Positions 10,050-19,707 of a stretch of 64,000 nt of DNA are shown here, in pieces (within the stretch, counting starts at the first letter, position 1; the number at the start of each line of letters is the position of its first letter). A program made the position numbers and the translations under genes. The stretch is from Alphaproteobacteria bacterium. GTDB taxonomy: Bacteria; Pseudomonadota; Alphaproteobacteria; MPNO01; UBA830. The notes under the pieces are model-generated. The model ran no database searches. It had not been told where the DNA came from and saw nothing but the letters and a program-made list of their open reading frames with translations. The stretch lies in NCBI GenBank assembly GCA_965243135.1, contig OZ251539.1:4672001-4736000 (forward strand), read 5' to 3'.

Positions 10050-11288
10050 ATGATCGAACTGGCTCGTCGCATTCGACTGGGCGAGGATTCGATGCTCAAG
10101 TTGAAGAGCGTTCGCTCGATGGCGGGCCGCGATACCGGTCCGCAACGTAGTGAATTCGCGGACGAGCTGGCCGCCATGGCCAACGGCCGGGGCGGCACTC
10201 TGGTCCTCGGCGTGGACGACGACACTCGTCGGATCGAAGGCATTCCGCTTGCCGAGCTTGACGCGGTCGAAGGCTGGGTCCGCGAAATTTGCGACGACTT
10301 CGTGAAACCCGCGCTCGATGTCGACATTTTGAAACAGGAACTGAAAGACGGCAGCGGAGAACTCGTCCCGATTATTGTCGTGGAGACCCCTCGGAGCCTG
10401 TTCGTGCACGAGAGTCCCGGCGGATACTTCCGCAGGATCGGCGGCTCGAAGCGCAAGATGGAGCCGGAGGCTCTCGCCCGTCTGTTTCAGGAGCGGAGCC
10501 AGACCCGGCAGATCCGCTTCGACGAATTGATCGTGCCCGGCACCGGTCCGTCCGACTTGCAGTATTCGCTGACGCACCGGTTCATGCGATCAAACGAAGG
10601 ACTTCCCGCCAATTCCCGCTTCTCCGGCGAAGTTCTCGATACATTGCGGAAGCTTTGCATCGTGGCCGACGAGGATGGACAAGCGCGGCTTACGCTCTCG
10701 GGCGCGCTTCTTTGCACAGCGGAACCGCAGCGGTGGCTGCGCCACGCGTACATTCAGGCCGTCAACTACGCAGGCGACCGGATCGACACCAAGTACCAAA
10801 CCGACGCAAGGGATATCGGCGGACCTCTGGACGAGCAGGTGGCCGGAACACTGGACTTCGTGCGGCGCAACATGCTGGTGCGCGCCGCCAAGACAAACGC
10901 GCGGATGGACCGCCCGCAGTTCAGCGAGCGCGCCGTGTTCGAGGCGCTTGTGAACGCGGTCGCGCATCGCGACTACTCGCTGGCGGGCGCTCGGATTCGC
11001 CTCCACATGTTCGGCGACCGGCTTGAGCTCTACGTTCCCGGCGGGTTGGCCAGCACGCTTGCCCCGGACAGCCTCCATCTGCGGCAGTCGAACCGGAACA
11101 ACGTTATCGTGTCCCTGCTTGCCCGATGCGCCGCGCCATCCGGGATCGGGCGCATGCGTCTGATGGACGTACGCGGCGACGGAGTGCCGATCATTCGCGC
11201 AGAGTGCGAAAAATTGTCGGGGAGATTGCCGGAGTACAGACTGATCGACGAAAACGAGCTGCGACTCGTAATTCCGGCCGCTGGATAG
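10050..11288 (+). CDS. AlbA_2 (Schlafen-like) domain + HATPase_c_4 (RecG-C-like) protein
   Basis: GEDS..., ELAAMANGRGGTLVLGVDD, YFRRIGGS; EALVNAVAHRDY, DRLELYVPGGL and RNNVI motifs; GGAG RBS upstream. Confidence 0.85.
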   Translation: MIELARRIRLGEDSMLKLKSVRSMAGRDTGPQRSEFADELAAMANGRGGTLVLGVDDDTRRIEGIPLAELDAVEGWVREICDDFVKPALDVDILKQELKDGSGELVPIIVVETPRSLFVHESPGGYFRRIGGSKRKMEPEALARLFQERSQTRQIRFDELIVPGTGPSDLQYSLTHRFMRSNEGLPANSRFSGEVLDTLRKLCIVADEDGQARLTLSGALLCTAEPQRWLRHAYIQAVNYAGDRIDTKYQTDARDIGGPLDEQVAGTLDFVRRNMLVRAAKTNARMDRPQFSERAVFEALVNAVAHRDYSLAGARIRLHMFGDRLELYVPGGLASTLAPDSLHLRQSNRNNVIVSLLARCAAPSGIGRMRLMDVRGDGVPIIRAECEKLSGRLPEYRLIDENELRLVIPAAG

Positions 11289-11299
11289 TCCGTTCACCG

Positions 11300-11987
11300 G
11301 CGGCCGTCTGGAAGCAAATCGTCTGCCTCGCGAACTCCCGAAAGCGGTCGGGTCGTTACGTTGCGGGCCGCGAATGGTCGGAGACGGACGGCGCGGGGGC
11401 ATGGGTCCGACCCGTCAGCAAGCGGGACGGCCAGGAAGTATCGGAACACGAGCAGCGGTACGAGGACGGTGCCGACCCGCGGTTGCTCGACATTATCGGC
11501 TTGCCTCTTCTGAAAGCCTGCCCTGAAGATTGGCAGACCGAAAACTGGTTGCTCGATCCGGAACGGTACTGGCAGAAGAACGGAAAATACTCGCGCTTCG
11601 ATCTGGCGAAGCTCGCCGACGCGCTTGAACCGCTCTGGATCGACGGGTACGGCACCTAATAACGGCCAAAACGACAAGGTTCCGCTCGGGCTGATCTCGT
11701 CGATTTCCGATTCGCTGCGGCTGATCAGGGTCGAGCGGCTTGAACTGGCCGTGTTCAGCTCGGGCGAGGCGTTCGGCAACGCCAAGCGGCGCGTGCAGGG
11801 GCGCTTCGAATTTTCGGGCCAGGAGTACGCGTTATGGGTGACGGATCCTGCCTGCGAAAAGAAGTACTTTGCTAAGCTGGACGGCACCTATGCGACAGGC
11901 GGGAGCTATCTGACGATCAGCCTTGGAGAGGGGTATAAGGGCGCTTGCTACAAGCTCGTTGCCGCCGTCATCGGGGTGGATGAATAA
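11300..11987 (+). pseudogene. Dual-OB-domain protein, frameshifted at about 11657, no canonical start codon
   Basis: KQIVCLANSRK..G..VAG, WVRPVS, LLDII and QTENWL in one frame; NDKV, SLRLI, RGRFEF-like, LWVTDP and LTISLG..CYKLVAAVI in the next; junction ACC-TAAT-AAC looks like a 1-nt insertion. Confidence 0.7.
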
Positions 11988-11991
11988 AGAT

Positions 11992-12609
11992 ATGGAAAAC
12001 AGCGTTCTTACTATCGGCCACTCCAATCATTCTTGGGAAGCCTTCGCGGCTCTCCTCGAACTGCACGGCATCGGGGCCGTGGCGGATGTGCGCTCGGCAC
12101 CGTACAGCCGCTTCAACCCGCAGTTTGATCGCGAAACCTTCGCGGCCGCTCTCAAGGGGCGAGGCATAGCTTACGTCTATCTCGGGAGCGAACTCGGCGG
12201 CCGCTCCGAAGATCCTGGATGTTACGAGGGCGGCCGCATCCGTTATGACCGCATCGCGCTGACGGATCGTTTCCGGGACGGTATCGAACGCGTGGTTCGA
12301 GGGGCCGGAAAACACCGCATCGCTCTCATGTGCGCAGAGAAAGAGCCTCTCGATTGCCACCGAACCCTTCTCGTCGCGCCCGCTCTTGAACGGGAGGGTA
12401 TAGACGTCATGCATGTTCACGCGGACGGCGTTCTTGAACCGAATGCCGAAGCGATGGACGGGTTGCTGGATAAATTCGACCTCCGCCCGGACGGCGATCT
12501 GTTCCAGCGGTCCCGCGAGGAGTTGGTCGCGGAAGCGATAGCGCTGCAAGCCAGGCGCGTCGCCCATGCTGACGACAGACCTGCGGGAGGGCGGGAGCGA
12601 AGCCGATGA
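11992..12609 (+). CDS. DUF488-family protein (copy 1)
   Basis: TIGHS, DVRSAPYSR, ELGGR, LMCAEKEPLDCHR. Confidence 0.9.
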   Translation: MENSVLTIGHSNHSWEAFAALLELHGIGAVADVRSAPYSRFNPQFDRETFAAALKGRGIAYVYLGSELGGRSEDPGCYEGGRIRYDRIALTDRFRDGIERVVRGAGKHRIALMCAEKEPLDCHRTLLVAPALEREGIDVMHVHADGVLEPNAEAMDGLLDKFDLRPDGDLFQRSREELVAEAIALQARRVAHADDRPAGGRERSR

Positions 12610-13094
12610 GAGTGCTGACCATAGGATTCACGAAGAAGCCGGCGCAGCGGTTTTTCGGGCTGCTGCGCGAGTCCGGCGCCAGAAGAGTTGTCGACGTGAG
12701 GCTCAACACCGGATCGCAACTCGCCGGGTTCGCGAAAAAGCGGGATCTCGCGTGGTTCCTCGAAGAAATTTGCGGGATCGAATACGTCCATGCGCCGGAT
12801 CTGGCGCCTTCGAAGGAACTGCAGGACGACTACCGGAAGAAGAGGATCGACTGGAGCGCTTACGAAGACCGGTTTGTGGATCTGATGCGCGAACGGCGGA
12901 TCGAGGATACGGTTTCGAAGGAGATGGTGGACAGCGGCTGCCTGCTGTGCAGCGAGGATCAGCCCCATCATTGTCACCGGCGGCTGGTTGCCGAATATCT
13001 GACGACTTGTTGGGGCAATATCGAGGTCGAGCATTTGGGAATGTCGGGACCCGACGCGCGGTGGCCGCAGCCCGGGAAACCTCTTTCGGAGTAG
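12606..13094 (+). CDS. DUF488-family protein (copy 2)
   Basis: TIGFTKK, DVRLN..SQLAGFAK, LAPSKEL, LLCSEDQPHHCHR; ATGA overlap with copy 1. Confidence 0.9.
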   Translation: MRVLTIGFTKKPAQRFFGLLRESGARRVVDVRLNTGSQLAGFAKKRDLAWFLEEICGIEYVHAPDLAPSKELQDDYRKKRIDWSAYEDRFVDLMRERRIEDTVSKEMVDSGCLLCSEDQPHHCHRRLVAEYLTTCWGNIEVEHLGMSGPDARWPQPGKPLSE

Positions 13095-13386
13095 CGGGTC
13101 GTCCGGAAAGGAAGCGTTTCCTGCCGAGCTTCTCCGCAAATTATCTGTGTCGGCCTCAAATCGCGTGTGGTTTCTTCGTGACCGGGCGGGCTGGTTGAGC
13201 GGTATTTCGGCTGAAGCTTGCCGGATGCGGGGCGGAGACGCGGTTGCCGCATTCCGCCGAGATCTGCGGCAAGCTGTTTGCTCCTGCGAAACGCGACTAT
13301 AATGCAGGCGTGCGGAAAGGCGCGGCGGCGGACCTCGCGCCTCGGCATGATCAAGCACTGCTAAGGGTGCCAAACGGGTATCTGAC

Positions 13387-14553
13387 ATGGATTCGTCCAC
13401 TCGTCCGCTTTTTGCACTGTATGTGATTTGGCACCCTACATTTGCGTTTGGTCGAGAGATCGCGGATCGGCTCCGGTCGCATTTTGTCCGCAATCTCTAC
13501 AAGACCGTTGGCGGAGATAATGGGGTGAGCGTTCTTGAGCGCAGCGAACCTTTGCCGGGTAAGCGCACGCCTTTGCCGATCGACTGGGACGAAGCGGAGA
13601 TGACGGCAGCCGTTGTGATCGCGGAGTCCGGGCTCGTCGATGATCGCGATTGGACCGACTACATCCGCAGCGTCTCCCGAAGCGCGAGGACGAGAGGGGA
13701 TTCCGCCGGTTTCTTTCCCGTCACGGTGGATTCCCGCGGAACCGAGTTCGGGTTCGAGGAACAGGCGCTGCGCTGGGACCGCTGGGGCGAACCCGACGCT
13801 GAGCGATGTCGACGCATGACCATCGACCTGACCCACGAGTTTTGCCGTATGCTGCGACACCAGCTCGGGCGACCAGACAGCGGGCAGATGCCGCTCGAAC
13901 AGCGTCTGGAGAAGATCCAGATTTTCATCAGCCACACCAAGCATGACGACGATGGCGAAATCGTGGCTCGCGGCATCCGCGACTGGATCCATGAACGCAG
14001 TCCGCTTTCGAGCTTCTTTGATGTCCACGATATTCCGCCTGGGCAGTCGGTCGAGGAGGTCTTGCTGCATCAGCTTGGCAAAGGAGCGGTCATGGTGGTG
14101 CACTCCGATTCCTATTCGTCGCGCGAATGGTGTCGTCGCGAGGTAATTGAGGCAAAGCGTCGCTTGGTGCCGATGGTCGTTGTCGATTGCGTGCGCGATA
14201 TCGATTTCCGCGGAATGCCGTATCTCGGCAACGTACCGATCATCCGCATGGATCCGGACCGGAGAGATCGGATAGAGACCGTTGCAGGTTGCCTCCTCGA
14301 CGAAGTCTTCCGCACTTGGTTGTGGCTTTATCGCATTGAGCGTTATCGGGCAGAGGCTTCCGGCGTATTGTTTACGGCTCGACCGCCCGAATTGATTGTC
14401 TTGGCGGCGATGTCTTTTCGTCGCGGAGAAGTCGACCCAGTGATCGTCTATCCTGATCCCCTGTTGAGCGCCGAGGAAGGACATTTGTTCTCGAAGGTTG
14501 CTCCAAACGTGCGCGTTCAAACTTTGACGGAATGGCTGGAGGAACGACAATGA
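13387..14553 (+). CDS. TIR-domain protein
   Basis: IFISHTKHD, FFDVHDIPPG and SDSYSSREWCRREV (catalytic-type Glu retained); extra N- and C-terminal regions. Confidence 0.9.
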   Translation: MDSSTRPLFALYVIWHPTFAFGREIADRLRSHFVRNLYKTVGGDNGVSVLERSEPLPGKRTPLPIDWDEAEMTAAVVIAESGLVDDRDWTDYIRSVSRSARTRGDSAGFFPVTVDSRGTEFGFEEQALRWDRWGEPDAERCRRMTIDLTHEFCRMLRHQLGRPDSGQMPLEQRLEKIQIFISHTKHDDDGEIVARGIRDWIHERSPLSSFFDVHDIPPGQSVEEVLLHQLGKGAVMVVHSDSYSSREWCRREVIEAKRRLVPMVVVDCVRDIDFRGMPYLGNVPIIRMDPDRRDRIETVAGCLLDEVFRTWLWLYRIERYRAEASGVLFTARPPELIVLAAMSFRRGEVDPVIVYPDPLLSAEEGHLFSKVAPNVRVQTLTEWLEERQ

Positions 14554-15383
14554 CTCCAAGCAATGCACCATCCGCCATCGGAATTTCGATTTCAGAGAGT
14601 CCCGACATGCAGGCGCTCGGGTTAAGCGATGGCCACTTGCGCGACGCCATGGCCGAGGTCGCGCTGCACTTGCTTGCCTCGGGAAGGAGCCTAGCCTATG
14701 GCGGAGATTTACGGCGCCATGGATTCACCGAGCTTTTGTTCGAGCTGGTCGGACGCTATCGAAACCATCCGCGACATCGCGGCACGATATCCGTAACCGA
14801 TTATCTGGCTTGGCCCGTTCATATTAAAATGACCTCGAACGAGCTCGCTGCGTTCGCCGCCGAACACGATGCGGCTGTTTCTCTCGTTTTCCTTGCGCGA
14901 GACGGCGTGCGCCTCGAACGGGAACAGCGAATGAGGCTTTCTGAACGCGAACCGGATGACGACGAGTGGACGGAAGGACTAACGTCCATGCGGACCGCCA
15001 TGCGCCGAGAAATTCAGGCTCGAGTAGTGTTGGGCGGCAGGGTCGAGGGCTACAAGGGAACCATGCCGGGGATCGCCGAAGAGGCCTATCTTTCTCTCGA
15101 AGCCAGTCAGCCGATCTTCCTGCTTGGCGGTTTCGGCGGGTGCGCCCGCGACATTGCCGAGACAATCGGGCTTGTCGACCGTTGGGCCGGCTCTAGGGGC
15201 GATTGGGACGGTCGCGGTCGCTTTCGTTCGTATTCCCCGAACGAACTCCGCAACGGCTTGTCCCGGGAGGAGAACGTCGTTCTCGCACGGACGCCGCACA
15301 TCCAGGAGGCGGTCGCCTTGGTATTGCGAGGCCTCCGCCGGATCCTCAGCTGGAGAGATAGCGATGCACAAGGTATTCATTAG
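14550..15383 (+). CDS. Stand-alone SLOG-domain protein (cluster-2 type)
   Basis: IGISISESPD..LGLSDGHL, LAYGGDLR..GFT, LTSMR, VVLGGRVEGYKGTMPGIAEEA, IFLLGGFGGCA; ATGA overlap with the TIR gene. Confidence 0.85.
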   Translation: MTPSNAPSAIGISISESPDMQALGLSDGHLRDAMAEVALHLLASGRSLAYGGDLRRHGFTELLFELVGRYRNHPRHRGTISVTDYLAWPVHIKMTSNELAAFAAEHDAAVSLVFLARDGVRLEREQRMRLSEREPDDDEWTEGLTSMRTAMRREIQARVVLGGRVEGYKGTMPGIAEEAYLSLEASQPIFLLGGFGGCARDIAETIGLVDRWAGSRGDWDGRGRFRSYSPNELRNGLSREENVVLARTPHIQEAVALVLRGLRRILSWRDSDAQGIH

Positions 15384-15963
15384 TTATCACCATGAGAGGG
15401 ATCAGGGGTACAAGGATTCCTTGATCGAGTTTGGCGTGAAGAATTCCGTATTCGTGGACAGGTCTGTCGATCCTGGCGACATTTCGGAGGAATTGAGCGA
15501 CGAGCGGATCCGTCACATAATCAGAGACAAGTATCTTAGGGATTCCACGGTTACCATTGTGTTGGTTGGAAAAGAGACGAAACACCGGAAACACGTCGAC
15601 TGGGAGATTCACACCAGCATGTACGACGGGACCGCGAGCAGAAGATCGGGAATAGTGGTCATCAACCTGCCGGGAACCTCCGATTACTTTGGCGCTCCTT
15701 ATGGAGAGGCCGAGAAAAAACTCTTGTATCCAGACGTTACGAACTGGATGAGTATAGATTCACGAGCGGAGTACGAACGCAGATATCCCTACATGCCTGA
15801 TCGCATCGTGGACAATCTCGTGAAATCCGACGTAAAAATTTCGGTCGTTCCTTGGGGCAGGCTAAATGCGGAAAGACTCGAATTTCTGATAGAAGCGGCC
15901 TTTAGCAATCGTTTTGAGTGCGGATACGATCTGAGCAGACGAATGAGGCGGGCAAACTCGTAA
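15364..15963 (+). CDS. ThsB-like TIR-domain protein (MTH538/DUF1863 type)
   Basis: HKVFISYHH, DRSV..GDI, IRDKYLRDSTVTIVLVG.ET..RKHVDWEI. Confidence 0.88.
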   Translation: MHKVFISYHHERDQGYKDSLIEFGVKNSVFVDRSVDPGDISEELSDERIRHIIRDKYLRDSTVTIVLVGKETKHRKHVDWEIHTSMYDGTASRRSGIVVINLPGTSDYFGAPYGEAEKKLLYPDVTNWMSIDSRAEYERRYPYMPDRIVDNLVKSDVKISVVPWGRLNAERLEFLIEAAFSNRFECGYDLSRRMRRANS

Positions 15964-16132
15964 TACAGGGTTGCGTCGAAGCCGGAGGCCTGCGCCGACG
16001 CTCATCAATGGGGCGGGCCTTGCACGGCCGCAAAGCGAAGCTCGCGGACGAAACCGTTCGTCGACAAGAACGACCTTGCCGGTGCCGGTGCGATCTGCGA
16101 GGCGGCGGCCGTCGCGAGGCCGGTCGAAGAGG

Positions 16133-16606
16133 CTACTCCGCGTCCGTGAACGACTGCAGGAAATTCTGCATCCCGACCTGATCGATCAGCGCGATCTGCG
16201 TTTCGAGCCAGTCGATGTGCTCCTCTTCGCTTTCCATGATTTCGACGAACAGCTCGCGAGATACGTAATCGTTGACGCGCTCGCAATCGGCGACCGCGGC
16301 GATCAGATCCTTGCGCGACTCCATTTCGAGCAGCAGGTCGCATTCCAGCGCTTCCTTGACGTTCTCGCCGATCCTTAGACGGCCCAGATCCTGAAGGTTG
16401 GGAAGGCCCTCCAGATAGAGGATCCGGTTTATCAGCCGGTCCGCATGCTTCATCTCGTCGACCGATTCCCGGTATTCCATCTCGTCGAGCTTCCCGAAGC
16501 CCCAGTTCTTGAACATCCGGGCATGCAGGAAATACTGGTTGATCGCCGTCAGCTCGTTCTTGAGCACCAGGTTCAGGTGCCGGATGACGTCCTTGTCGCC
16601 TTTCAT
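16133..16606 (-). CDS. bfr: Bacterioferritin
   Basis: [49 protein letters not shown]. Confidence 0.97.
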   Translation of the reverse strand: MKGDKDVIRHLNLVLKNELTAINQYFLHARMFKNWGFGKLDEMEYRESVDEMKHADRLINRILYLEGLPNLQDLGRLRIGENVKEALECDLLLEMESRKDLIAAVADCERVNDYVSRELFVEIMESEEEHIDWLETQIALIDQVGMQNFLQSFTDAE

Positions 16607-16772
16607 GTCCTTATCTCCTTCGCCCGCGCAGGGCTTGCCTCGACCGAGGGTCCGATGTTACTCGAATTCGTCCGGCTTGTGGAGCGTTGCGGGCGGCGTC
16701 CGGGGAAGCGGCAAGTCCGGATCCGGGCGAGCCGCCGCAGCCTGCGCCGGTCTGCGCTTCGGAGAAACCGCC

Positions 16773-17153
16773 ATGTTTCCAATACAGCGCGTTCCCGGCA
16801 ACGTGCCGACGAGAAGCTGGGGATCCGCCTATCGCGACTTGGTCTGGGCGCTCGGGATGTCCGACGATTTCACGCTCGATTTCGAAGGGCAGGCGGCCAG
16901 GGCGTTCGCCAATCTCGACGCGGTGCTCGACGCCGCGGGAGCCGACCGCACCTGCCTTCTGTCGGTGCAGGTCTATCTCCACGACGTGAACGCCTGCAAG
17001 CCGGCGTTCGACGAGATGTGGGCCGCGTGGATCGGCGGCGATCCGCAAAACTGGCCCATGCGCTCCTGCGTGCAAGTCGCGTTCGCCGGCGGAAACAAGA
17101 TCGAACTCATCGTCGTCGCGGCGCGGCGGGAGGCGGCCGCTCCGACCGCCTGA
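16773..17153 (+). CDS. RidA/YjgF-family protein
   Basis: QAARAFANLDAVLDAAG, VQVYL.D, FDEMW, PMRSCVQ, KIELIVVA; GGAG RBS before ATG 16773. Confidence 0.88.
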   Translation: MFPIQRVPGNVPTRSWGSAYRDLVWALGMSDDFTLDFEGQAARAFANLDAVLDAAGADRTCLLSVQVYLHDVNACKPAFDEMWAAWIGGDPQNWPMRSCVQVAFAGGNKIELIVVAARREAAAPTA

Positions 17154-17183
17154 TGCGCGTTTTTCCGGCTCCGAGCTCTGCGG

Positions 17184-17552
17184 TCAATCCCGTTTGCGGC
17201 GGATCATGGGGCCGAGCGGTTCGCCGGCGAGGATGTGGGTATGGAGATGGGGCACCTCCTGGTGGGCGTCGTTTCCGTGGTTGGCGATCAGGCGGTAGCC
17301 GGTTTCGTGGACTCCCAGAATGCGGGCGGTCTCGCCGATCGCCGCGGCGTAGCCGGCTTGCGCTTCGGGCGGCGCTCCGGCCGAAAAGTCGTCCCACGAA
17401 ACGTAAGAACCTTTCGGAACGACGAGAACGTGCACCGGCGCCTGCGGGTTGATGTCCCTGAAGGCGAGCGCGTGCTCGGTCTCGTGCACCTTGTCGCAAG
17501 GGATCTCGCCCCGCAGGATCTTCGCGAACAGGTTTCCGTCGTCGTAAGTCAT
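17184..17552 (-). CDS. Histidine triad (HIT) nucleotide-binding protein
   Basis: FAKILRGEIP, AFRDINPQAPVHVLVVPK, QEVPHLHTHIL. Confidence 0.95.
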   Translation of the reverse strand: MTYDDGNLFAKILRGEIPCDKVHETEHALAFRDINPQAPVHVLVVPKGSYVSWDDFSAGAPPEAQAGYAAAIGETARILGVHETGYRLIANHGNDAHQEVPHLHTHILAGEPLGPMIRRKRD

Positions 17553-18205
17553 CCGTCATCTCCCCGCGCCGCCTTTTCCTTGAGGCCGGAAACGCCGCTT
17601 CGGCGCGCCAGCTCGGCGGCGATCTCCCTCGGCGCGATCTCCGCGTCGACCCATGCCGCCAGCAGGTGGCAGAGGAGGCCGTCGCTTTCCGCGACCAGCG
17701 CTCCCCTGTTCCTGGCGGCTGCCGCGATAACGACCTCGAGCGCCTCTTCTCCCAGTTTCAGGGCAATCTTTTCGGTTCCGCGCTCGAACAGTTGCGCTAT
17801 TTTTGGCGCGGCAGCCGCGTTTCCTCTGCCGGATTCGATCTCGGCATAAAGCCGTTCGACGACGTTTCCGAAGCCGTTCGTCGTGCCGGTTCGCCCGGAG
17901 GCCGTGTGGCGGCGGCGGCTCTGGCGCGCCAGCCCGGAGGAGACCTCCGCTAGAGCGATTTCCGCATCGGCCCACGCCACCAGCAGATGGTAGAGAAGGT
18001 CGGCGCTCTCCGCGACCAGCGCCTCCCTGTCTTTCATGACCGCCGCGATCACGGCTTCCACTGCTTCTTCGCCGAGTTTCTGCGCAATCTTCGCGGTTCC
18101 GCGTTCGAACAACTGCGCTGTGTACGACGCCGCGGGATCGCCGCCCCTGCGGGATTCGATCACGGCGTGAAGCCGTTCGACGGCTTCTCCGAAGCCGTTC
18201 GTCAC
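17549..18205 (-). CDS. hisE: Phosphoribosyl-ATP diphosphatase with two tandem HisE domains
   Basis: GTG start overlapping the hisF stop; [22 protein letters not shown]...ESADLLYHL followed by a second similar domain. Confidence 0.9.
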   Translation of the reverse strand: MTNGFGEAVERLHAVIESRRGGDPAASYTAQLFERGTAKIAQKLGEEAVEAVIAAVMKDREALVAESADLLYHLLVAWADAEIALAEVSSGLARQSRRRHTASGRTGTTNGFGNVVERLYAEIESGRGNAAAAPKIAQLFERGTEKIALKLGEEALEVVIAAAARNRGALVAESDGLLCHLLAAWVDAEIAPREIAAELARRSGVSGLKEKAARGDDG

Positions 18206-18975
18206 GGTGCTTCCCCGGACGGCCGCACCGCGACGCCGGAGGCGGCCATGCGCCTCTTGGCTTCGGCGATCGTGTATTCGCCGAAGTGAAAGATCGACGC
18301 CGCGAGCACGGCGGAAGCGCGGCCCTCGAGAATCCCCTCGGCAAGGTGGTCGAGAGTGCCCGCGCCGCCCGACGCGATCACGGGCACCGTAACCGCGTCC
18401 GCGATCGTCCGCGTTAGCTCGATGTCGAATCCCCGCCGCGTGCCGTCCCGATCCATTGAGGTCAGCAGAATTTCGCCCGCCCCGAGCGCGGCCATGCGGG
18501 CAGCCCAGGCGACGGCGTCGATGCCCGTCGCCTTGCGCCCGCCGTGGGTGAAGATTTCCCATCCGCCGCCGGCCCTCGCCCTGGCGTCGATCGCGACGAC
18601 GATGCACTGGGTTCCGAACTTTTCCGCCGCCTTGGCGACGAACTCGGGCTCGCGCACGGCCGCGGTGTTGATCGACGCCTTGTCGGCGCCCGCCAGCAGC
18701 AGCCTGCGGATGTCGTCGATCCGGCGGACGCCGCCGCCGACGGTGAGGGGCATGAAGCATTCCTCGGCCGTTCGCCGGACGACGTCGTAGATCGTGTCGC
18801 GGTTTTCGTGGCTCGCCGTGATGTCGAGGAAGCATAGCTCGTCGGCTCCCTCGGCATCGTAGACGCGGGCCTGTTCGACCGGATCGCCGGCATCGACCAG
18901 ATCCACGAAGTTGACGCCCTTGACGGTGCGCCCGTCCTTCACGTCGAGGCAGGGAATGACGCGCGCCTTGAGCAT
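18202..18975 (-). CDS. hisF: Imidazole glycerol phosphate synthase subunit HisF
   Basis: [44 protein letters not shown]. Confidence 0.97.
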   Translation of the reverse strand: MLKARVIPCLDVKDGRTVKGVNFVDLVDAGDPVEQARVYDAEGADELCFLDITASHENRDTIYDVVRRTAEECFMPLTVGGGVRRIDDIRRLLLAGADKASINTAAVREPEFVAKAAEKFGTQCIVVAIDARARAGGGWEIFTHGGRKATGIDAVAWAARMAALGAGEILLTSMDRDGTRRGFDIELTRTIADAVTVPVIASGGAGTLDHLAEGILEGRASAVLAASIFHFGEYTIAEAKRRMAASGVAVRPSGEAP

Positions 18976-18978
18976 GGA

Positions 18979-19707
18979 TCACGAATCCCGCAGCAGCGCC
19001 AGCGCCTCGGCGGAGTCGATCCTGCCGTCGTAGATCGCTCGGCCCGAAATTACGCCCTCGATTCCGGCGCTTTCCTTTTCCTTGAGTTCCGCCAGATCGG
19101 AAAGCCCGCGCACGCCGCCCGACGCGATCACCGGCGTGGTCAGGGCGAAGGCGAGATCCACGGTCGCGTCGATGTTCAGGCCCTGCATCGCGCCGTCGCG
19201 GTCGATGTCCGTGTAGACGATCGCGGCGGCGCCCGCGTCCTCGAAGCGAAGCGCGAGGTCCAGCGCGCGCACTCCGGAGGTTTCGGCCCAGCCCTCGACG
19301 GCGACGCGGCCGTCCCGGGCGTCGATGCCGATCACGATCCGCCCGGGAAACCGGGCGCACGCGTCGTTCACCAGCGACGGGTTCTTGACGGCGGCGGTGC
19401 CGAGGATCACCCGCCGCGCGCCGATCTCGAGCCATTTCTCGATCGTCGCGAGATCGCGGATCCCGCCGCCGAGCTGAACCGGCAGATCGACCGCGGCTAC
19501 GATCGCGGCGACGGCTCCGCCGTTCATCGGACGGCCCTCGACGGCTCCGTCGAGATCGACGATGTGCAGCCATTCGAAGCCCGTTTTCTCGAAATCCCGC
19601 GCCTGGGCGACCGGGTCGTCGTTGAATCTGGTCGCCGCCGCCATGTCTCCGCGCACCAGCCGGACGCAGGCGCCCTCCTTCAGGTCGATGGCGGGAAAGA
19701 GGATCAT
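18979..19707 (-). CDS. hisA: ProFAR isomerase HisA
   Basis: [43 protein letters not shown]. Confidence 0.97.
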   Translation of the reverse strand: MILFPAIDLKEGACVRLVRGDMAAATRFNDDPVAQARDFEKTGFEWLHIVDLDGAVEGRPMNGGAVAAIVAAVDLPVQLGGGIRDLATIEKWLEIGARRVILGTAAVKNPSLVNDACARFPGRIVIGIDARDGRVAVEGWAETSGVRALDLALRFEDAGAAAIVYTDIDRDGAMQGLNIDATVDLAFALTTPVIASGGVRGLSDLAELKEKESAGIEGVISGRAIYDGRIDSAEALALLRDS

